A stretch of 64,000 nucleotides of DNA, from assembly GCA_050084515.1 (NCBI GenBank), contig CM114271.1, positions 19,096,001 through 19,160,000 of the forward strand, written 5' to 3'. The notes beneath the pieces were generated by a model, which was not told the origin of the DNA, made no database searches, and worked only from the letters and a program-made list of their open reading frames with translations. Each line of letters opens with the position of its first letter. The stretch's first letter is position 1. The stretch comes from Blasia pusilla (lineage: Eukaryota). The position numbers were made by a program, and so were the translations under genes. Below, piece by piece: positions 50,901-61,298 of the stretch.

Positions 50901-53370
50901 TTCGGATCTCGGAGCTCCCATAAGTGACTCCACACAAAAGTTGTCTCCAATGTAAGCGGGCAGTGTAGACGGATCTGCTCGGCAGCTACGTACCTCGAAT
51001 GGGAATGAACGGTTAGTTTCCACTTCCAATGGATTCATCTCGGGAGATTGTAAAATCTTCCTCTTTGCGGTGTATCCTCGTCCTACGAGAGGCGGAAGGA
51101 AGAACCATAGCTTTCCGGTTCAGGTTGGACTTGTTCGAAGCTCCAAAACTAGAGTCAATTGCTAATCACTCACGCCGACGATTTAGTACGCATGAGCTTT
51201 CGGACTAGACGAGTTTATCGAACGACTTTGCAACTCTGTAGGGTGTCCTCTTCGAAGGGAGTCAATGCTCGATTAAACTAATGGTTTTCTCATAATGGAG
51301 TGACTATCACTTCCCTTGTAGGGATCACACAAGGAAAACGGCTCCTACCGATTAAGTAGCCACCGAATGCGAGGAACCAGGTTCGAAATTTTTGAATCAA
51401 TCGTGCATCTAACAAAACTTATGGTAACCGAGTGCATGTGGTCTATCTATATTAAGCAACTTAATTATTTATTCTACTCGAGTATCGAACCGGAGAGGCA
51501 TCGAAGAGAGCATAGAATAGGATATCCGCCATATAATTTGGATTAGAGTTGAAACTTTCTCATAGCATTCCATGGAATTTCACATTACTCACCTTGCACT
51601 TTTCTTGTCATTATTTTTCAGATGATTGAAATCATGTTTCTCGCGCACACGAACAAACAACAAAGGCTAGCGGGGCCTCATACCTTCGTGGTTTCCCAAG
51701 GCCACTTGGAGCACGAGAGGAGGTTTAGGTTGTTCCGTATCATGGATGGATTGTGGTTATCTTTTTCCGTTTAGGAACATTATGTTGCACTCATCTATAT
51801 TGTTAGGGAAGAGTGCCTTCTTGATGTGTAAACACCTCTTTGCTTGACACGTGGCAAGTGGGCAGCAAGAAAATATTTCACATGCTACGTGCAACAAGAA
51901 AAAAATTTGAATTTATGTGCACCATCATTAATCTCTTCCCTTCACGAACTATACACTAACTCTTCAAACCTTTTTTCATTTCCCATGCATCACACGGGCA
52001 CCTTAGTAACACTAAACTACTTATTGATGCAGTAAGTAAGACCAGCTATATTTCTAGAGAATGGGGGCGAAGCACATTCTTCAAATATTTCATGTCCAGA
52101 TTCCATGAGGATAAACTGTAATTTTTGTTATTAAGTAATAATTTATATTTCTATTGGAGAGTAATTTCTTTTTAGCAAACACTTCAAGCACATGACAACG
52201 GGAATTAAGAAAATATTTGTTATAAGAGGAGAGAAAAAATTGAATTTATATGTAACATGATTAGTCCTAATGGAGACTAGTTATGGTCCCAAATAAATCA
52301 AATTTTTTAAATGGTAGTTTGTAGTTGGGCCGCAACCCCTTTAATAAGAGTGTGCTCTCACACATCCAACTTTAAGATGGATTCTATAAATTTATTTATT
52401 TTTTAGCACTTTATAAGTATTTTTAGAAACAAGTGTCTTATTGAGAGGGGTGGAAAAAAGGGCCACACACTAGTTTGCTTTACTATCTATTAGCCTTCAA
52501 TCGCCGCAGCCTTTCATATGTCATAATCTAAATTTACTACATTAGTTTAGCATGTGACATAGATTTTGTTAAAATCTTTCTAAGTTTTTAATTCTAGTTG
52601 CGATGGATTTTTTAGACTTTATGTTTATTCCGCCTTCAAATTTCTACCCTTAAATTGTTTCAACCTTTAGAGGCAACATTCTATTTTTTCCCTATTGCTA
52701 GTAGAGCTAATGGGACTCCAGGTCGCCAATGGCAAAAGTCGTGGGACCAATTACGTAAAACTCTGAGAAAAAATCCTCTTTGGCTTAAGTAAGTGTCACT
52801 ATGCACATATCAATTCAAGATGGATTGAAACCCCCATATAACAAAAATGAAACCATGACTTTCTTGATGATGATGGGCCTTTGAGGTTGATATTGCTTTA
52901 GATATGTCTTGAACTACTTGTTGCTATATGATCAATTGGTGCAATGTCGATCTAATGGCCTCCATAATCCCAACAATAGCATTCATAGTGCACACTCAAA
53001 ATTTGTCAAAAATATCCCTCCATAGACTAGATATATTTTGGATGCTAACATACTGTCTAAACCCTTCTATGGGATTTCTATCACTTAATAGTCAAACGAC
53101 GTAGGGCTAAGGACTTAACCATATCTTTAAGACCAATCAGAAGTCGCACAAGCAAAGTGATTTTCATTCAAGATGCTATTAGATCAGAATTGAGAAATCT
53201 CAAAATGTGGAATTTCCTATCTATGCACCCAACTCTAGATAAAGCCTCATAAGATCTCTTCATGCCATTTTTGTATGTATACATATCGTTCTCACCAAAT
53301 ATAAACACAAGATCAATACCATAATCATTTATGATATGTGAACACAAGGATGATCATGTAATAAAATCAA

Positions 53371-53720
53371 AGTTGCACGTGGAAAATTTCCATGCTTGTG
53401 GACTTATGTCTGTCCCGGGGACGGACATGTTCTTATGGGCCTGGGTGCCTGCTCTATGGGCTTGGGTACCGAGGCATGCACCTCCGCCTACACCACCCAA
53501 ACATTACGCCATTACTTAGGTAGCCCGCACCTCGTCCCAACAACCTGACCCCCATTTTTGTCACCCGATTTCTAGCCCGTGCCGTAGACGAATTGACCCG
53601 CATCGTGTCCGTATGCTAGACCATCCCCACTTTTTGTGTCGTGTCCACGTTGAGCCTCCAAGAGGCCCAAAAAGGCCCAGACCTAGCCCATATGGAATCC
53701 TAGATCGCCATGTGTCACCT
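53371..53720 (+). repeat. Second copy of the GC-rich dispersed repeat seen at 12786
   Basis: Aligns with 12786-12900 over the first ~100 bp. Confidence 0.6.
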
Positions 53721-54917
53721 TTAGACTCATCCTCCACGCTCACACTCGGCCAGCATCCCACAAATCCCACAAGTATACATGGCAGCGTTTCATTGGTAGA
53801 GGCTAAGTGCGAACTAACTTCCCCCCTTTCTACATCCTAAAATGTGTTGGATTCTCAACATCCACTTCTCTGAGCACCATTAATCTGATCGGCCCCTTTG
53901 TATGAGGAGAAGCCTAGATTGATGGTTCGGACTTAGACGTCAAAGGAGTCATAGTAATATGACGCAGGTGGTTTCAGGAGTAGCATTACTAGGATTATCG
54001 AACTCCCAAATCTCGATCGACGTCTCGGAATACCGAATGCGCATCTGAGAACTCGACTGTTCGGAACCTTCGTGCATCTGCAAGAATAGAGCGAGAAGCG
54101 AAGGGGCTCATGGCTCACGAAGAGAAAAGCCGAGGTCCAACACCTGGGCTCCGATAGGCGTGGGGGTCCGTATGCGCAGCTCCCGGAAAAAAATTTCTAT
54201 TAATAGAAATGAATAAAAGTAGGTAAAAACCCTAGTTTCCTGAGTAGTGAAATAGTCGGGAGCCGCAGCGGTTGCGCATTCTCGTATGTCGAGTTATCTC
54301 CATGTTCAGGTTCCATCAAAGCTCTTTTGTGAGCGCACGAACGGACTAGGCCACTTTGTATCTCTAAGTTTTGTAAAGATTTCTGTGATTTTGTCTCTTT
54401 CTGTTTTCTCACAAAATGGGTTGTAAACAAAAACCTATAAGCAAAGAGTCCACAAGTGGAGCCCAAAATGCTCATAAGTACGTGGGTGATTAGGGGTTAA
54501 TTAACTCATATTTTCTCCATTTCCTTCATGCTTTTCCTCCTTTACTTTGAGAGGAGGGATAGTTTTGGATTAGGCCCCAAATTTCGTTGTTGCCTTGAGA
54601 GCTAAGGGATTTCAAGGTTGTTAGGAATTTTGGGGAAATCTACTGCATGCATTTGGGGATAATAAGATAAATTTGGTTTTGAACAACTTGGATATTTGTG
54701 CTCCTTGTTATATTTTAAACAAAATCTAATTTATTCCCCATTAGGTGAGAGTCGGTGTCGGGAGAGAGAAGAAAAGGGCAGGTTTGGGTCTGGTAGCCGC
54801 CGGGGGCTATCAAGTAAAGACGGCTAGGTTAGGTTGTGAAGGTTAGATTTAGGGGCGCGGACAGAGGACGGGCGCGGCGAAGTAGACGGGCGCGGAGGCG
54901 GACGGAGTCGGGGCCGT

Positions 54918-54960
54918 CCCTTACCTTCCCCTCCGCACTTTGGGGAGGGGAAGGTAAGGG
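54918..54960. repeat. Perfect 17-bp pyrimidine/purine hairpin
   Basis: CCCTTACCTTCCCCTCC-9 nt-GGAGGGGAAGGTAAGGG. Confidence 0.9.
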
Positions 54961-55803
54961 TACACGCCCGCTCAACCACGTAGCTCTCCTAACCATGTAA
55001 GTAGTTCCACCCTGGTAGCCGGATCACCACATCCTGAACCCTACCACGTTGTCGTATAGTAAAATCAACCAGTGTGTAAACTCCTTCGTCATTAAGTGTT
55101 AGATAGAGTTTCATTAGTATTAAGTAAATTGGCTTAGAAAAAGGAGATTCTTATGTTTAAACCTCTTTATGGTGCCTCTTTTATGCGGGCCCAACTTTAG
55201 GAAAAGGAGGTAATAAATAAAAGATGACTTTATAAAAATAAAGTAGTTGTTTTAATGAAAAGGAAAAGTAGTCTTGGTTGGTGGCTAGGTTAGTTGGGGT
55301 AATTTGGAAAATATCAAGTGGTAAAAGAGGATATTTTGGAAGAGATAAGAGGAAATCTACTTGTGTCAAAATGTGATTGGCTAAGCCTTGAGAGGAAGCC
55401 ATGTGGCACAAGATAAGATAAGCTCTATTTCGTACTCTTGTGGATCCCTTGTGAGTATATAAAGAGGAGGGACCTTCAAGGGTTCATCACCTTCTATTCC
55501 ACATCTTGAGTCTCTCGTGTCTCTCTTGAGTGTATGGCTTTGGGATTGCTTGCTCTTCCAATGAGAGTGGATCACCCCTCTTGGGAGAGTAACTTGATCA
55601 TGGTCTATTCTTTGAGAGGTTTCTAGAGTGTGGTGTGTGTGTGTGTGGGGGGATGAGAGGTTTGTCACCGTAGAGGAGTTTAGTCATACTAAAATAGCGG
55701 ACGTTTTGGCTTGTTACTTTCCCAATGAGAGTGGATTACCCCTCTTGGGAGAATAACTCCGCCAAAACCCATTCTTGAGGAGAGTAGAGAATGTCTGTCA
55801 AGC

Positions 55804-56229
55804 ATGGATAGGGGTGGAGCACGAGCTGTGCCCGACTTTCCTTTCCTCAATCCTTACCATGTCAAGGTACTCTTTGTAGATAGGCACTGGTTCACTCGCT
55901 ATTTAGTTTATGACTTTGGGGAGGCGTTCATGAACCAGGTCATGAAATCTCCAACTCCGGTGATTCTTCCTATCGTCACATATGGAAGGACATGGGATTG
56001 TACTTTGTATGTCCTTATATAGCGATCCATGGATGTCAATAGGCCTGGTCAAGTAGGGTTTAACACTAGTTGTGCTATCTTCCTCGTGTACAACCGTAAA
56101 ATAGTTTATAGGGATTTTATAGTTAGGAATTTCGGGGTCCGATGTTACGAAGAAGTGATCGCGTCGGCACTTCCATTTGTGATACCTGTCGTGAGAGAAT
56201 GGAGAGTGTACATCATAATTTTGTATTGA
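55804..56229 (+). CDS. Two tandem small paralogous ORFs inside the LTR (72 aa at 55804-56022; 66 aa at 56029-56229)
   Basis: Both are open. Protein-level conservation with the chromovirus leader copies and with the solo LTR copy (28463-28483 plus 33672-33858). Confidence 0.65.
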
Positions 56230-56382
56230 AAAAGGAGAACTTATTGGAGAGTTCATCTTGCATCGACCGCAGCTAGAAGGCCCGCCCTTGCTCGAAGAAA
56301 GATTCTCGACACGACAAATGGTGCTTCCATTGAGAGCTCTTTGAGGCGGTAGATTGTGTTTGCAAGTTGGAGTCTTAACAAG

Positions 56383-58667
56383 ATGACTACTTTTGGGAGT
56401 ACTTCATCAATGGGAACTGAGGGAGCTGAGGATCTTCTCCGAACTTTGACAACACTGCTAAGCCAACAAGGAGGAGTTCACATCGGAGAGCAAAGATCAA
56501 CAAGGGCTCTCCAAGCGATTGTTAAGAAGTTGGGGAGATTTGATGGCAGGAACATCACCAAGTATGTTCGAGAGTACGTCTGTGAGATGGAGGTAAACCG
56601 TGTACCCGAAGGTGATATGGTGTCAAGTTTTGAGTTAGCTGTAATACCAAAGATCCGTAGTGAAGTAAAGAAGTTGAGAGTAGAAAATCCAACCTCATGG
56701 GAGGAGTACGATTAGTTGCTGAAAGGAGAATTCTTCGATGATGATGTGGATCGGGTGAATAAGAGGAGTTTTCAAGAATGGATAGAGCAACATCCAAGAA
56801 AGGGAATGACTCCAAATGAGTTGTTGCGTGAGTTTGAGAAGCGGTTTTTTCAGCTTTCTCCTTCTGAAAGGGCAACTCTAGACTTGAGGAAAACCGAGTT
56901 ATTCCTTGAGGCGGCAGATGAGAATTTGGAGGACAAGCTTTTCATAATGTTGGCGGACAAGAATGAAGAAGGAGGTATGAGCACTAATTGGAAGAAAGTG
57001 GAAGGAGCTGTTGCTATCCTCACAAAGTAAAGTCGAAGTAGAGGTAGAACCACAGTATTCAAGTCGGAGGTACCAATTTCAAATCCATTGCCTAAGCCCA
57101 TGCCAGCAAAGCTTGAAGATTCTACCATTGATGAGTTGGTGAAAGGTTTGAGAGGGTTGAGAGTAGAAATGGCTCAGCTTAAACTTGATAGGAATCCTAG
57201 TGTTGGTGCTCCTTCAACAAGTAAGAACTTTGTGAGAAGATGTATATGGTGTGATAGTGTTGAGCATCAACGTCGAGAATGTGAGGAATTTTCAGAAGCT
57301 CTTAGAAATGTAATAGTAAACTTCAAAGATGGGAAGATTCATTCGACGTAGACTGGTATGCCGTTGAATACCAACTTTGGTAGAGGAGGTATGAAAGGAT
57401 TAGTGAGAAGTCAAGTAGGAGTTGCCACTACGACATTAGATTCGACACCTTTGCAAAGAAAATTGAAGCGCCTATTGTCTCTGTAGCTAAAAGTGAATCA
57501 TTAGAATTTCTTCGAGAAGTTATGTACGAGGGGCAGAGACTATCCGTCATCTGACTGGATGGGATGATCCAGTGGAAGCTGGGTGTGTTAAAGCATACCT
57601 AGCACAAGAGAAACATGTGAGTTGGCAAGATGCTGGTGTGGAGGAGAAGAGGAGACGCGACAATGATGGTGTTGATGCTGAGGAAGCCGCAAGAAGAGCG
57701 AGGATCTTAAGAAGAAAAGGACAACCGGAGGCGCAGCCATCAAGAGAAGAAGGACCTTCCACATTTGAATCTGTGAGGGATTCTCATGTCAAAGAAGCGA
57801 GGACAAAGGAGAAGCAATTGAGGTCTCCTCGAAGACCAAGGGTAAGACTCCTACATACAAGTCGATCGATATCGAGACAAGCACGAATTTAAAGGAGATT
57901 CTTGAGGAGAGGATTTTGGATGCAAAAATAGAGTTTTCTTTGAGGGAAGTCTTGGGCATAGCCAAACGTGACTTTCATGAGTTGATCATAGATGTGATCA
58001 AAAGGAAGAGGCAGATGACTGCAGATATGGTGATGGTGAGAGCTTTGATACCGACATCACAGAAGAAGAAGATGAAGAGCTTTGCCAAGTGTTTGGAAAA
58101 AAAACCTTGACTTACGGGGAAAAGAGGCGAGAGTAGGAGAAGCCTTGTGAACAAGGTGAAAAAGGCATAATGGTGGACACTATTCTCGATCATATTGGCG
58201 CGTGCAACGACAGAGGCTAGAGTTCGACTTGGCTCTCTTCAAGAGTCGAGCCGGCTCGTTGATCATGGTTCGGAGATCAACATCATGTCGCGAAGTGTAT
58301 ACGACAAAGGGATGTGGCCAATTGATACAGGGCATGGATGGGTACTACGAGCGGCTAACAACCAAAAAGGTGAACTCTTTGGTGCTTGTCCATCCGTCAA
58401 AACTTGTATCGGAGATGTGTTGATTGAGCAAAATTTCTTTGTTCGAATGGAGTCGCTTATCCTGTGATTCTTGGGCAACCTTACATCACAAAGATTTAGA
58501 ATGGAGACCAAAGTCATGGATGATGGGTCTCATTATGCCCGTATTAGAAGTCGAGGATGGAACAAGATCAGTTCAATTTCTTCATTTGTGCAGTAGGTCA
58601 TGAAAGGAATAGAGAGAAGTTGAGAGATGGTCCTATGAAGGTAGAGAAAGAGTTTTCGGATTTTTAG
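56383..58667 (+). pseudogene. gag-protease (decayed)
   Basis: LGRFDGRNITKYVREY, zinc knuckle CIWCDSVEHQRREC, protease LVDHGSEINIM. Ends at TAG 58665-58667. Confidence 0.85.
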
Positions 58668-58701
58668 TTAGCACTCCTATAGAGCGGGAATATGGGGGTG
58701 C
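58658..58701 (+). promoter_or_regulatory. Putative -1 ribosomal frameshift signal (gag-pro/pol)
   Basis: G GAT TTT directly before the stop, a 6-nt spacer, then a 10-bp stem GCACTCCTAT/ATGGGGGTGC. Confidence 0.6.
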
Positions 58702-61298
58702 AGAGAAAAGAAAGAGTCTTCCGCTAGTAGAGGGGGAAGAATCATATATGTTTAGGTGTGGGTTTTCTCAATTTTTTCTTCGTGGTCTAGTAGATTCCAA
58801 ATGATGAAAGAAATGAATGAAAAGAAAAGACGTTTTATAAAAAAAAAAAAGGAGGGTTTGTTAAAATGTGAGGGTGTTCTATTTGATGAAGAGTTCATTA
58901 GTGGGATGTATGAAGAAGAGGGTTTTGGAGATAGTCTTGAAGAGGTGTTTACCCAGATGAACACCGATTTGCTGGATATAAGTGTGATTGCAATTCACTC
59001 GCGTGAGTTGCATGAAGAGATATCAAGGTTCATGGAAGGAGAAAATGAATATGAATCTATGGAGAAGGAAGCGGATGGGCACGGGTTTGAGTCTAATTTA
59101 ACATCCCATGGAGGCACAAGTGCACACAAAATACAAGACAAAGGCCCGGAAGGTGAAACCAATGGCTACTCAACTACCTTGAGGGTTGTGGGAGACAAGT
59201 AGAACGTGCATCAATGGAGCCAAGTCTGCGGGATGTCAAGAAGATAGGACACAAGTTCACGAAGAGACGCTAGATCGCTGCAAATCGGAGGGGTGAGTTT
59301 CTCACGAGAAATTGAAAGAAAATGCTTTTGGGAGATGTTAAGGAGACATGGTAAGGCTTTCTCTTTTACTACACAAGAAATTGGTTGTGTAGACACGAGT
59401 ATGGTGGCACCGATGGTAGTTTTCACAGTTCCACATGTGCCTTGGGATTTGAAACCCATACCAGTACCACGAGCTATGATTCCCAAGCTGATTGAGTTAT
59501 TGAAGGAGAAGAAACAGATGGGTATCTTAGAGCCATCTATGGGGCCTTACTCGAGTCGATGGTTCACTGTGCCGAAGAAATCAGGAGCTCTCCGGTTCAT
59601 TCAAGATATGCAACCGGCAAATAAGGTAACCATTCAAAATATGGGAGCAGGGCCTAGAATAGATGAAGTCGCAGAAGCTTTTGCAGCCCGTGCTATCTAT
59701 TCTATAGGAGATTTGCACTCAGGATATGATCAATTCCAATTAGCTACAGAGAGTAGAGATATTACCACTATGCGCACTCCACTTGGGCTTGTAAGAATGT
59801 GCACATTACCTCAAGGAGCAACAAATTCTGTCGCTCACATGCAGAGTGCAATGAATAAGATCTTGAGAGAGTTCATTCCTGAGAAAACCATTCCTTTTGT
59901 AGATGATATCCCTAGAAAGGGGTGTGCAATAGAAGATAGGATTGAGAGGGTTGTGAAAGATGGGTGTAGAAAGTTTGTGTCTGATCATATTCGAGATATG
60001 GATATGATCCTAACAAGACTAGAAGAGGTCAATCTTACTCTTTCTGGAGAAAAGTGTAGCTTTGGGGTTCCTCAGATTGTGGTAGTGGGTCATCTTTGTG
60101 GAGAGTTTGGCCGAAAACCAAATCCACCAAAAGTTGATGTTATTGGGAGGATACGAGAATGCGAAAACGTCACCGAAGTGAGAAGGTTTTAGGAGCTTGT
60201 GTGTTCTATCGGTGTGGATTCCTCATTTTGGCCACATATCGATCCTTTGTATGAGTTGTTGAGAAAGAAGAAGAAGTTCACTTGGGAGCGAAACAAAGAG
60301 CAAAGAATGATGCGATTGAAAGGAGGCATTGAAGTCGCCACCGGTTCTACGACAAATGAGCTACGAACGCGACGACCTATTATCATCACAGTGGACACTA
60401 GCCCTATTGCTATCGGATGGGCGGTTAGGTAGGATGACGCGGAAGGAAGAAGATTTGCGACAAGGTTTGGAGCTCGTGACACTTACTTTAACGACAGAGG
60501 AGGTACCCTAGGTAAAGAGGAGCTTTGGGGAGTTGTAATCGCAATGAAAGCTGAAAAGGAGTATCTTATGGGAGCCTATGTATTTCTTGAGGTTGATTGT
60601 CTACCTTTGTTAGGTATGATTTAATTGTACGACTCGGATATAGCCATGCTACGTTGGATAGCCTACATTAGGTCCTTGAATCCACAATTGAAGCATATAG
60701 TGGGAAAGAGAACTCGATGAGTGACATGTTGTCTAGAGCTAGATTTAGTCAAGAAGAAGATATGGAGGCAACTAAGATAGATGAGGATGATGCACATGTG
60801 TGGCAAGTGTTATCTCAAGAACGAGGTGGCATAGAGGATGTTCTAGCCTTCAAAGAGGATTTGTATGAGGGCAGGTTAAAAGAAATTGGGCGCTATTTAA
60901 GCACTCTGCAAAGAGATGGAGGGTGGACAGAAAAGTTCTTCAAGGAGATTCGACACAAGGCGTACGGCTATCTACTACAAGATGGATATCTTTGGAAAAG
61001 GCCAAAGAGGAAAGATGGAATGCCCTTGAGGGTGATGGATGACAATGGGACAAAAATGGAAGTGCTCAAAGAATTCCACAATTCTTTATGGGCAGGTCAC
61101 AGAGGTACTTGGGCAACTTTCACCAAGATAAAAGAGAGGTATTGGTGGAAGGCCTATATAAGGATGTTGAGAGATATGTTGGGTCGTGTGTTGAATGTCA
61201 GTTTCAATCAAAAATCAGAGTGAGAGATGGACTTAAACCCACGTATCCTTTGTCTATTCATCATCAATGGGTTATAGATCTAGTTGCTATGCCACTAG
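58668..61298 (+). pseudogene. pol: RT, RNase H and integrase N-terminus
   Basis: IGDLHSGYDQF, LPQGATNSVAHMQ and FVDDI (RT); TVDTSPIAIGW (RNase H); HNSLWAGHRG..CVECQ and QWVIDLV (integrase, truncated). Confidence 0.92.

Larger units (their letters stand above)
55050..61298 (+). mobile_element. Ty3/gypsy LTR retrotransposon, 3'-truncated within integrase
   Basis: 5' LTR 55050-56316 (TGTCGT...ACGACA, TATA ~55457). PBS TGGTGCTTCCATTGAGAG at 56319-56336, resembling the complement of the plant tRNA-Thr(AGU) 3' end (from recall). gag-pro-pol follows. Confidence 0.9.
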
